A DNA stretch of 64,000 nt from an uncultured Pseudomonadota bacterium (GTDB lineage Bacteria > Pseudomonadota > Gammaproteobacteria > Ga0077536): contig CAJWTO010000004.1 of the NCBI GenBank assembly GCA_913047675.1, forward strand, positions 2,134 to 66,133, in the 5' to 3' direction. The notes beneath the pieces are model-generated. The model did no database searches. It was not told the DNA's origin and saw nothing but the letters and a program-made list of their open reading frames with translations. Position numbers and translations under genes: made by a program. Positions 55,811-64,000 of the stretch are shown one piece after another. The number at the start of each line of letters is the position of its first letter. Within the stretch, counting starts at the first letter, position 1.

Positions 55811-56728
55811 ATGACTAATATACTGCTAATAGTTTTGGGGTTGGTTCTAGGATGCTTGGTCCTATCCTACTTTTTTGCCCCTGCGAGATTATTTGATGCG
55901 CTGGTTCTTTTTACGAGATTTCGAGCTAAATTAAATTTACGCTACTGTGATGTGGATGGCCACCGAATACCCTATCTTGTAGGAGGAGACGGACCACCAC
56001 TTGTTTTATTACATGGATTTGGTGCAGACAAAGATCACTGGTCTGTTGTGAGTAGGTATTTAACGAATCATTTCACGGTATACGCGCCCGATTTACCTGG
56101 ATTCGGAGGCGCTGATCGTAAAATCGAGGCTAGCTACGGGCGTGAGGCACAAATAGAGCGTCTTAAGATGTTTCTTGACGGTCTAAATTTATCTGAGATT
56201 AATCTCGGTGGCAGCTCTATGGGTGGTTATCTCGCTTTTATGTTTGCTCATAGGTATCCAAACAGTGTTAATAAACTTTGGTTGCTGGCTCCAGCTGGAG
56301 CACTATCAGCTGAACCGAGTGAATTCATGCTTGCGCTAGAAGAAAACTCAAATCCTTTGATTGTGGAGACAGAGACCCAATTAGGTGAGCTGGCGCGCCT
56401 ATGTTTCTTCAAGCCGCCTTCCATACCCAAAAGATTCAAAAAAGTATTACTAGATAGGTCCTCGCGCGTAGCCGACTTTAATCGTAGGATTTTTGAAGAA
56501 ATTTTTGATTCTCCCCTCGCAGTTGAAGACATCAATGACGCGTTACAAACAAGGAGCCTTCTCGTTTGGGGGGATTCTGATAAGGTTTTGGATTGCTCTG
56601 GGATTAAGGGGTTTCAACAAAAGCTAATGAGAGCCCAAACAATTCTCATGCCAGACGTTGGACATTTGCCGATGATCGAAAAGCCTCGAACGGTTGCTAC
56701 CGATTTTTTAAATTTTTATGCAGGGTAA
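55811..56728 (+). CDS. alpha/beta hydrolase with N-terminal membrane anchor
   Basis: LVLLHGFGADKDHW and the nucleophile elbow LGGSSMGG. The N-terminus is hydrophobic (ILLIVLGLVLGCLVLSYFF). Confidence 0.85.
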   Translation: MTNILLIVLGLVLGCLVLSYFFAPARLFDALVLFTRFRAKLNLRYCDVDGHRIPYLVGGDGPPLVLLHGFGADKDHWSVVSRYLTNHFTVYAPDLPGFGGADRKIEASYGREAQIERLKMFLDGLNLSEINLGGSSMGGYLAFMFAHRYPNSVNKLWLLAPAGALSAEPSEFMLALEENSNPLIVETETQLGELARLCFFKPPSIPKRFKKVLLDRSSRVADFNRRIFEEIFDSPLAVEDINDALQTRSLLVWGDSDKVLDCSGIKGFQQKLMRAQTILMPDVGHLPMIEKPRTVATDFLNFYAG

Positions 56729-56748
56729 AATTGATATAACTAGGTTAG

Positions 56749-57618
56749 TCACTTGTCGTACTTAAACTTAAACGCATCGCCATTGAGTTCTATCCGTCCC
56801 GTGGATGGTTGCGGAAAATGCGAGGTTAAAACTTTTACGTCACAATCACTGTAGTTTTTCAGGAAGTTTAAGCGGGTCTTCGCCGCGAGTTCTTTATCGG
56901 TATCAAACTTAAAGTTCCAATGCGGAAATTGGCATTGCACTGGACTATGGATGAGGTCACCAGTGATGACTGCATTTTCGTCCCGATGAGATAACCGGAT
57001 AGAACAATGGCCGGGAGTATGCCCAGGAGTCGGTTCTAGCCAGACACTGTCGTCTATCTGGTAGTCATCAGCCACGAGTAAGGCTTGCCCGGCTTCTATA
57101 ATGGGTAGTACGTTCTCATTATAGGTAGGGTCTCCATATTTTTCTGATAGATGGGCCGCATTTTCACATTCTTTTTTTGAGAGTATATAACGCGCGTTCT
57201 TAAAAGTAGGTACCCAACGCCCGTTAGATAGTTGAGTATTCCATCCACTATGATCAACATGTAAATGCGTACAGAGTACGATATCAATTTCGTCGGGATG
57301 GATGCTGTGGTTGCTTAGGTTAGATAGAAAGGAATTATCAGTTTTTTGGTGCCAAGCAGGATACCATTTGACGGTTTTATGATTGCCTACGCAGCTATCG
57401 ACTAAGATTGTGAATTTGTCGGTTTTTACGACATAGCTTTGGATCGGCATAATCAGCATATTTGTTTTTGGACAAATCGCATTAGGTTCTAACCAAATTC
57501 TGTGTGGTGCGAGCTTTTCATCTGTCGCATCTGGGAAAAAGTCGTATATTGACATGAATGGACCATTAGATTCGACCACTCTTGCAACCTCAATGTTTCC
57601 TACTTTTAGCCAATTCAT
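56749..57618 (-). CDS. MBL-fold metallo-hydrolase (lactonase-like)
   Basis: The CTHLHVDHSGWN metal motif (HxHxDH) and TPGHTPGH are present. It resembles AHL-lactonase-type MBLs, but the substrate is unknown. Confidence 0.8.
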   Translation of the reverse strand: MNWLKVGNIEVARVVESNGPFMSIYDFFPDATDEKLAPHRIWLEPNAICPKTNMLIMPIQSYVVKTDKFTILVDSCVGNHKTVKWYPAWHQKTDNSFLSNLSNHSIHPDEIDIVLCTHLHVDHSGWNTQLSNGRWVPTFKNARYILSKKECENAAHLSEKYGDPTYNENVLPIIEAGQALLVADDYQIDDSVWLEPTPGHTPGHCSIRLSHRDENAVITGDLIHSPVQCQFPHWNFKFDTDKELAAKTRLNFLKNYSDCDVKVLTSHFPQPSTGRIELNGDAFKFKYDK

Positions 57619-57663
57619 TTTACTCCCCCTATTACTTTTGATATGCGGAAATTGTCTTGCTGC

Positions 57664-58494
57664 CTAGTTGATAGTCCAACTATCACCATTTTTTGTGACG
57701 CTTTGCTCAATCTCTAGCTTGATCAAATGTGCATGCAGTGACAGTGCAGCCCATTTATGTAGTGATTGATCAACATCGTCGTAGACTACTGGGACCAGCT
57801 CATCGATGGTGGCTTGTCTAGCGCTAGTTAGCGCGTTTTGTACTTTTTTTTCACGCTTTAGTCTATGGTCGATTAGGCGCATTATTTCACGATTGGGTTC
57901 CCCGATCAGATCGCCATGCCCAGGAGCAACGTAATTTACGTCGTAAGTCTGCATTCTTTTAAGAGAGTCAATATAGTCCTTCATGCTTCCAGCTGGAGGC
58001 ACGATGACTACGGTTGAGCCTTGCATCATGTGATCTCCAGTGATCAGAATTTTGTCTTCTTCCACCAGATAGCAAATATGATTGGAGACGTGTCCTGGTG
58101 TTAGTAGAGCTCGGATAGAGTATTCTTTGTTAGATATCACCTCATCATTTTTTAAAGGCATCGCGCCTTGGAAGGTCTCGTCCTGAAAGCCATCATTTGG
58201 GATGATATTTCCGACCAGTTTCGCTCCAGTCGCTTGAGCTATTGGCAGCGCCGCAGGGGAGTGATCGCGGTGAGTGTGAGTAACTAAGATCCATTTTAGC
58301 CGAGATGCAGTGGCCTTTAGCATCGCGTCTATGTGACTTTCGATACAAGGACCAGGATCGACAAGCGCAAGCTCATCGGTCCCAATAATGTAAGAGTTAG
58401 TACCTGGTCCGGTCATCGCACCTTCGTTGGGCGCAGTTATTCTTTGTACACGCTCCGAAATCCGCACTGGCTTGCCATGAACAATCTGTGGCAT
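57664..58494 (-). CDS. MBL-fold metallo-hydrolase (LACTB2-like)
   Basis: GTNSYIIG...LVDPG...ILVTHTHRDHSP...TPGHVSNHICY, plus a C-terminal helical extension. Confidence 0.8.
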   Translation of the reverse strand: MPQIVHGKPVRISERVQRITAPNEGAMTGPGTNSYIIGTDELALVDPGPCIESHIDAMLKATASRLKWILVTHTHRDHSPAALPIAQATGAKLVGNIIPNDGFQDETFQGAMPLKNDEVISNKEYSIRALLTPGHVSNHICYLVEEDKILITGDHMMQGSTVVIVPPAGSMKDYIDSLKRMQTYDVNYVAPGHGDLIGEPNREIMRLIDHRLKREKKVQNALTSARQATIDELVPVVYDDVDQSLHKWAALSLHAHLIKLEIEQSVTKNGDSWTIN

Positions 58495-58685
58495 TGTTGA
58501 CTCCCTTTATAAATATTATGTGTGATACTTGCACCCACTGGTGCCGACGTTCTCGATTACTATAACTCTATAACGGTGATAGCTGATATACAATTCGATT
58601 TACTATGGTTTGGCTTGCAGTCATGGTATCTTTTACATTTTTAGTCCACATAAATTTGATGCATTAACAGTAGGGAGAGAAAGGG

Positions 58686-59117
58686 ATGAGTGTTGCGATT
58701 AATAACGAACCGGCCATAAAGGTCTCCGCGGGTATGTCGAGCCAACAAGAATGGTGCCAGCTAGATGAAAACTTCTCTGTGAAGGTTTTGTCGGTAGACG
58801 AAAAACAAAACTCTGTAGAGGCACTTTTTAAAATAAAAGGTGGCTATCGCTCCGGGGAACATAAGCACACTTGCGAGACACATGTCTTTGTACTAGAGGG
58901 TAAAGTGACAAATCATTCTATTGGCTGTACGTTCGGGCCCGGAGACTATTGCTTCCAACCTTTGAATGACATACACGATGAAGAATTCGTAGAGGACACC
59001 ATTGCCTACGTTAGCTATCGAGGTGTTGACGAAAAGTTAGTCGAGTTTTTTGATGATGCAGGGAATGTTTGTGGAAATTTTAAAGTCGATGATTTTCTTG
59101 TTGGATTAAATACTTAG
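58686..59117 (+). CDS. cupin domain protein
   Basis: GGYRSGEHKHTCETHVFVLEGKV is the cupin metal-binding motif. 143 aa. GGGAGAGAAAGGG lies upstream of the ATG. Confidence 0.7.
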   Translation: MSVAINNEPAIKVSAGMSSQQEWCQLDENFSVKVLSVDEKQNSVEALFKIKGGYRSGEHKHTCETHVFVLEGKVTNHSIGCTFGPGDYCFQPLNDIHDEEFVEDTIAYVSYRGVDEKLVEFFDDAGNVCGNFKVDDFLVGLNT

Positions 59118-59184
59118 AAGAATAAGAAAACAGATTTCTCGTCATGATCTGTTGATGGGTCGATTGAAGGTTTAGGAGTATCTG

Positions 59185-60030
59185 ATGGTTGCGGTTGTTC
59201 TAGATGGGAAAGTATTAGCTGCTGCACAAGAGGCTGCGCTTTCGGAGCGCGTGTCCGGAATTAAAAAGTCGACTGGAGGCAGAGTACCCATTCTCGCGAC
59301 TATTATAGTTGGCGACGACCCTGCTTCCGAAACCTATGTGCGGATGAAAGGTGATGCGTGTCGTCGAGTTGGTATGGACTCTATTAAAGTGGAACTCCCG
59401 GCCAGCACATCCACTCAGGCTCTTATAGACGAGATTACGCAACTCAATTCGAATCCCAATGTCCACGGTATTTTACTGCAGCACCCAGTGCCGTCGCAGA
59501 TCGATGAGAGGTTGTGTTTTGATGCGATTAATATCGAAAAGGACGTTGATGGCGTCACATCGAATGGGTTTGGTTTGATGTCGATGGGGGAGTTTGCGTA
59601 TGGGTCGGCCACACCGGCTGGAATTATGAGACTGCTTTCTCACTATGAGTGCGAGATAGAAGGCTTATCGGCAGTGGTTGTTGGGCGCAGCCCAATTTTG
59701 GGTAAGCCTATGGCAATGATGCTATTACAGGCGAATGCAACGGTTACTATTTGTCATTCTAGGACTGCGAACCTAGTGGATTATATCAGTCGAGCGGATT
59801 TGGTTGTCGGTGCTGTCGGAAAACCTCAATTCATTCAATCAGATTGGATAAAGGATAACGCGATAGTTGTTGACGCGGGTTATCATCCCGGTGGGATCGG
59901 GGATATAGACTTGAATGGGTTGCCTGAACGAGTGCGTGCTTACACTCCTGTGCCTGGCGGGGTAGGACCCATGACTATAAATACACTGATTCTTCAAGCT
60001 ATTCAGGCAGCAGAAAAAAAGATCTGCTAA
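59185..60030 (+). CDS. folD: bifunctional methylenetetrahydrofolate dehydrogenase/methenyl-THF cyclohydrolase
   Basis: ILDGK...[19 protein letters not shown]...[10 protein letters not shown]...DVDG...[16 protein letters not shown]...[11 protein letters not shown]. Confidence 0.93.
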   Translation: MVAVVLDGKVLAAAQEAALSERVSGIKKSTGGRVPILATIIVGDDPASETYVRMKGDACRRVGMDSIKVELPASTSTQALIDEITQLNSNPNVHGILLQHPVPSQIDERLCFDAINIEKDVDGVTSNGFGLMSMGEFAYGSATPAGIMRLLSHYECEIEGLSAVVVGRSPILGKPMAMMLLQANATVTICHSRTANLVDYISRADLVVGAVGKPQFIQSDWIKDNAIVVDAGYHPGGIGDIDLNGLPERVRAYTPVPGGVGPMTINTLILQAIQAAEKKIC

Positions 60031-60095
60031 GCGCATAGAGCATGTTTTTTATAGATACGTCTTAGCTCTAAAATAAATCTTTGAGGTAGAGTGGC

Positions 60096-61310
60096 ATGAA
60101 TAATGAGCATTTATTAACAGGCGTCCGAGTATTGGATTTTACGCGTGCGCTAGCTGGGCCCACATGTACTAGAATGTTCGCCGAAATGGGGGCAGAAGTT
60201 ATTAAGATTGAAGGGGCTCCTTTGGGAGATATGACCCGTCAAGTTTCTAAACTAAAAGGTGATAGAAGTTTCTATCATATACAGCATAATCTAAACAAGA
60301 AAAGTGTATGCGTGGACCTTCGTACCCGACAGGGAATGAATATCGTGAGAGAACTCGTTCCCCACTGCGATGTTGTTGTTGAGAATTTTAGGCCAGGAGT
60401 AATGGCTAAGATGGGACTGGACTTTGATGAACTCAAAAAATTGCGGGCAGATATAATAATGTGTTCTATTTCCGCTTTAGGTCAAACGGGGCCGTTGTCT
60501 AATAAACCCGGCTACGATTATATCGCTCAGGCTTATTCGGGAGTCACAAGTATGATTGGAGATCCGGATGAGGCTCCAAGTATTCCTCTGGTAGGTATAG
60601 GTGATGTCAGCACTGGAGTGCATGGTGCATTTGCGATCGCTGCGGCCCTATTGCATCGCGGGAGGACAGGCAAAGGACAATATCTTGATGTATCACTGCT
60701 TGACTGCTACTACCATAATCACGAGGTGAATGTGCATCAGTATTCCGGTAGCGGTGGAGAGATTAAGCCGACTCGAGGTGGTCGCCATACTTCTTACTTG
60801 TGCCCCGGTGGAGTTTATAGGGGAAAAGGTGGCGACATCATGCTGATGGCCTTTATGCATCATTGGAAAGATCTTTGTGCAGCGATGGAAAAACAAGAAT
60901 TTGTTGATAAAAATGGTTGGCAGACCGATGCTGAAAGAATAGAACGTTTAGATGAGGTGATTCTTTTGGTTGAGGGTTGGTTGGCCACTTTCCCTGACGT
61001 ATCGACTGCGATAGAGCGATTGGAAATGTTCGATGTTCCTTGTGCTCCGGTGCTAAGCGTCGAGGATACAGTAACCCATCCTCATTTAGTCGAACGAGGA
61101 ACAGTTCGTACTATAACCGATCCATTAGTGGGAGAATTCAAGATCCCTGGAATGCCGATAAAAACTTCTGATTATAAGTCTGACACCGAATACGTGGCCC
61201 CATGTTTGGGAGAACATAATGTCGAGGTGTTAAAAACCTTGCTGGATAAAAGTGATGAAGAAATTAAAGTATTGTCCGATGAGGGTGTGTTACAAACCGC
61301 GAGCACTTAA
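60096..61310 (+). CDS. family III CoA-transferase (CaiB/BaiF)
   Basis: VRVLDFTRALAGPTCTRMFAEMGAEVIKIE and the catalytic-Asp region GIGDVSTG. Confidence 0.88.
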   Translation: MNNEHLLTGVRVLDFTRALAGPTCTRMFAEMGAEVIKIEGAPLGDMTRQVSKLKGDRSFYHIQHNLNKKSVCVDLRTRQGMNIVRELVPHCDVVVENFRPGVMAKMGLDFDELKKLRADIIMCSISALGQTGPLSNKPGYDYIAQAYSGVTSMIGDPDEAPSIPLVGIGDVSTGVHGAFAIAAALLHRGRTGKGQYLDVSLLDCYYHNHEVNVHQYSGSGGEIKPTRGGRHTSYLCPGGVYRGKGGDIMLMAFMHHWKDLCAAMEKQEFVDKNGWQTDAERIERLDEVILLVEGWLATFPDVSTAIERLEMFDVPCAPVLSVEDTVTHPHLVERGTVRTITDPLVGEFKIPGMPIKTSDYKSDTEYVAPCLGEHNVEVLKTLLDKSDEEIKVLSDEGVLQTAST

Positions 61311-61365
61311 GCATCCTTAATAAATTTCATTATCTAGTTTGGGAACTATACGGAGAGGTGAATCA

Positions 61366-62529
61366 ATGGCACACAGCGGATTGTTAAACGAAGAGCATAT
61401 TATGATTCGTGATATCGCACGAGAATTTACTCTAAACGAGGTATTGCCCGTCGCTAATAAGTTGGACCCTGAACAAGGTGATATTCCGATTGATCTTCGG
61501 AAAAAATTGGCAGATATGGGTTATTTCGGCATTCGTATTCCCGAGGAATATGGAGGAAGTGGTTTAGGGTGTCTCGAGTATTGTTTGATTACTGAGCAAC
61601 TGTCTAGGGGGTGGATGAGCGTAGCAAGTATTATCGCAAGAGGAAATGGCACTCTAGTGATGGACCTACTTACTGACGAACAGAAAGAGAAAGTATTTCC
61701 TAGGGTGGTCGCGGGCGATTACTTAGCCGCCGCATCATTATCCGAGCCCGACACAGGATCTGATTTGGCGTCAATTTCATGTCGTGCGGAAAGAACCTCA
61801 GATGGATGGCAGATAACAGGAAATAAGTATTGGTGCACATTCGCTGATGGGGCTGACTATATATTACTTTTTGCGAGAACTGATGCGGAATCCAATCCCA
61901 ATAAGCGTCACCAAGGTATAAGCGCATTTATTATAGATAAGCCGAGAGGGGAACTGCCTGAAGGAGTGCAAGGAAGCATTATTCCCAAAATTGGATATTT
62001 CGGATGGAAGACATGGGAGTTGTTTTTTGACCAAGTAAAGCTTGGTGCTGGGACGTTAATTGGAGAAGAGGGAAAGGCTTTTTACGCTTTGGCAAAGGGT
62101 CTAGACGAGGCGAGAGCACATACTGCGGCGCGATCTATAGGTTTAGCGCAAGGGGCTTTGGAAGACGCGATGAAATACGCACAGGAGCGAACTCAATTTG
62201 GCAAAGCTATTGCCCGGTTTCAAGATCTTCGGTTTAAGATAGCCCGAATGGCAACTGATATTGAGGCTGCTAGGCAACTTTTATATTATGTTTGCACTTG
62301 TATCGACGAGGGTCGGCGTTGTGACAAAGAAGCTTCTATGGCGAAATATTATGCCAGTGAGATGGCCGAACGTGTTACTAGCGATGCGTTGCAAATATTG
62401 GGCGGAGCGGGTTACACAAAATTACACGCAGTTGAAAGATATTGGCGAGATGCCAGACTAACAAAAATCTTCGAGGGCACTTCTGAGATACAGTTAAGGA
62501 TAATATCTGACAATATGCTTGGGCGATAG
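61366..62529 (+). CDS. acyl-CoA dehydrogenase
   Basis: SEPDTGSDLASI, QFGKAIARFQ and YWRDARLTKIFEGTSEIQ. The ATG at 61366 is preceded by GGAGAGG (the ORF-track TTG is at 61339). Confidence 0.9.
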   Translation: MAHSGLLNEEHIMIRDIAREFTLNEVLPVANKLDPEQGDIPIDLRKKLADMGYFGIRIPEEYGGSGLGCLEYCLITEQLSRGWMSVASIIARGNGTLVMDLLTDEQKEKVFPRVVAGDYLAAASLSEPDTGSDLASISCRAERTSDGWQITGNKYWCTFADGADYILLFARTDAESNPNKRHQGISAFIIDKPRGELPEGVQGSIIPKIGYFGWKTWELFFDQVKLGAGTLIGEEGKAFYALAKGLDEARAHTAARSIGLAQGALEDAMKYAQERTQFGKAIARFQDLRFKIARMATDIEAARQLLYYVCTCIDEGRRCDKEASMAKYYASEMAERVTSDALQILGGAGYTKLHAVERYWRDARLTKIFEGTSEIQLRIISDNMLGR

Positions 62530-62569
62530 TTGAGGTCTGATAGGTAAAACAAAGTTCTATGAGTTGCAT

Positions 62570-63751
62570 ATGATCAATAAAAATAGTTTTGGGGTTCTAG
62601 AGGGGGTTGTTGTCTTGGATCTCACTCAAATGCTGGCGGGCCCATACTGCACGATGATCCTGGCAGACCATGGCGCAGATGTCATAAAGGTGGAACCACC
62701 CACCGGTGATATGTCGCGACCGCTGGGTCCCTTTTCCCGCGACGATCCAAAAAAAGAAGAGGGCGGTTACTTTCATAGCATCAACAGGAATAAGCGCAGT
62801 ATTGTCCTAGATCTGAAAAATGCTGAGGATAAGGTACGGTTTTTGAAGTTAGTGAAAAGTGCCGATGTGGTTGTCGAAAATTTTCGACACGGAGTGATGG
62901 AACGGCTTGGTTTAAGTTATGAGATCTTGAGAGATATAAATAAATCACTTGTTTACGCGGCGATCAGGGGCTTTGGAGATAGTAGGACCGGAGAGAGCCC
63001 ATATTCTGAATGGCCTGCATTTGATATTGTAGCCCAGGCGATGAGCGGTTTTATGGCAATGACCGGACCTACTGGTACTCCTATGAAAGCAGGGCCCGGG
63101 CTAGGTGATATTGTGCCAGGCTTAATGGCGGCTTTTGGTATTGTCGCCGGCGTTCGACATGCAGAGAGAAGTGGGCGAGGGCAATTTTTAGATGTGGCAA
63201 TGTATGATGCGATGTTGGCTGTCTGTGAGAGAAGCGTATACAGGTATTCAGTAGATGGAACAATATCGAAAGGTGAGGGTAACGAACATCCTTTGGTCAA
63301 CCCATTTTCGGTTTATGAAGCGCGAGATGGCTGGGTAGCTATCGGTTGTCCAACTGAGGTACAGTGGAAAGAGCTTTTGGCGGTTATGGCACATCCTACA
63401 CTCGGCGATGACGAACGATTTTCGAGTAATGAGTTAAGAGTAGAGTTCGCCGCCGACTTACGGACTGAAATTACTAATTGGACCTCAGCGATGACTAAAC
63501 AACAGATTGGCGAGAAGCTGGGCGGTAAGGTTCCGTACGGGCCGGTTAACAATATCGCAGATCTGACGGATGATCCCCATGTGCGGGCCAGAGATATGTT
63601 ACCCGAACTTAGTTTTGCTGACCCTACCTTGAAACTGACTGTTGCCGGCGTACCTGTGCACTACTCCATGACCCCAGGAAAAGTTGATGCACCTGGTCCT
63701 GCCCTAGGAGCCCATAACGAAGATGTGTTCGAGCAATTTGGTATAACATAA
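62570..63751 (+). CDS. family III CoA-transferase (CaiB/BaiF), second paralogue
   Basis: VVVLDLTQMLAGPYCTMILADHGADVIKVE and GLGDIVPG. ATG at 62570 (TTG at 62564 is an alternative). Confidence 0.88.
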   Translation: MINKNSFGVLEGVVVLDLTQMLAGPYCTMILADHGADVIKVEPPTGDMSRPLGPFSRDDPKKEEGGYFHSINRNKRSIVLDLKNAEDKVRFLKLVKSADVVVENFRHGVMERLGLSYEILRDINKSLVYAAIRGFGDSRTGESPYSEWPAFDIVAQAMSGFMAMTGPTGTPMKAGPGLGDIVPGLMAAFGIVAGVRHAERSGRGQFLDVAMYDAMLAVCERSVYRYSVDGTISKGEGNEHPLVNPFSVYEARDGWVAIGCPTEVQWKELLAVMAHPTLGDDERFSSNELRVEFAADLRTEITNWTSAMTKQQIGEKLGGKVPYGPVNNIADLTDDPHVRARDMLPELSFADPTLKLTVAGVPVHYSMTPGKVDAPGPALGAHNEDVFEQFGIT

Positions 63752-63767
63752 CTCACAGGTCTTCCTG

Positions 63768-64000
63768 CTAGTTAAACGGCTCGTCCATGTTTTCTTCTAA
63801 TGGGATGTTAAACGCGTTTAATGTGTGGGAAATTAGGCAGTAGTAACCGATAGTAGATACGAGAGCCACTAGTTGTTCATCAGTAAAAAATGTTGCCGCT
63901 CTATTATAAGTTTCGTCTGAAACAAGGTTTTTTTGCAACAGCTCAGTTGAAAAGATATAGGCGGCCTGATGTTTCTCCGGAAAACTAGGGGTTTTATTTT
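63768..64000 (-). CDS. carboxymuconolactone decarboxylase (AhpD-like) family protein, C-terminal fragment (5' end outside window)
   Basis: This is not in the ORF track because its start lies beyond the window. My hand translation of the minus strand gives ...FPEKHQAAYIFSTELLQKNLVSDETYNRAATFFTDEQLVALVSTIGYYCLISHTLNAFNIPLEENMDEPFN*, with the stop at 63768-63770. Confidence 0.55.
   Translation of the reverse strand, partial: NKTPSFPEKHQAAYIFSTELLQKNLVSDETYNRAATFFTDEQLVALVSTIGYYCLISHTLNAFNIPLEENMDEPFN

Noticed and set aside
1-64000. A search for CRISPR arrays, tRNA/rRNA genes, IS elements, integrases, toxin-antitoxin pairs or defence genes.
   Set aside because: No intergenic gap exceeds about 345 bp. 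I saw no tandem or spaced direct-repeat array and no tRNA-like T-arm. No ORF has transposase, integrase, nuclease, helicase or methyltransferase motifs.

Overview
This is a densely packed chromosomal segment with about 62 protein-coding genes. By my tally of the gaps it is roughly 93-94% coding. Convergent genes are often separated by 12 nt or less, and several gene pairs are coupled by TAATG stop/start overlaps. I found no rRNA, tRNA, CRISPR array, transposase, integrase or phage gene. A perfect E. coli-type SOS box (CTGT-N8-ACAG) and the gene content suggest a moderately AT-rich, streamlined heterotrophic gammaproteobacterium, probably marine; this is inference only.

Housekeeping genes are an AspC/TyrB-type aminotransferase, dnaE2, serC-serA, pntAB and folD. 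They are interspersed with accessory redox, CoA-metabolism and detoxification genes:
- two MFS pumps and GSTs
- two LLM oxidoreductases
- three nitroreductase-fold proteins and two PPOX-type proteins
- a Rieske oxygenase, an epoxide hydrolase and cupins
- MBL and alpha/beta hydrolases
- a glutaconate-type CoA-transferase AB pair with an acyl-CoA ligase
- a CaiB-ACAD-CaiB cluster
- a single-subunit molybdopterin oxidoreductase
- an OmpR/HK two-component pair

There is no obvious defence or mobile island. The most unusual loci are:
1. A Tat-signal nitroreductase-fold protein lies head-to-head with an FrhB-type Fe-S flavoprotein, beside an F420-type LLM (4994-9097).
2. An orphan TupA-like oxyanion-binding protein is co-transcribed with a dedicated outer-membrane channel and diverges from a YqeC-like gene (11799-14929).
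3. An orphan dnaE2 has its LexA box embedded in a 48-nt perfect palindrome (16254-16301).
4. An MCC/GCC-type acyl-CoA carboxylase has its alpha subunit split into BC and BCCP genes joined by SD+TAATG junctions (22340-25922).
5. A client-less CbbQ/NorQ-CbbO/NorD AAA+/VWA pair sits alone (26955-29939).

All family calls rest on motif recognition by eye. No database search was possible.
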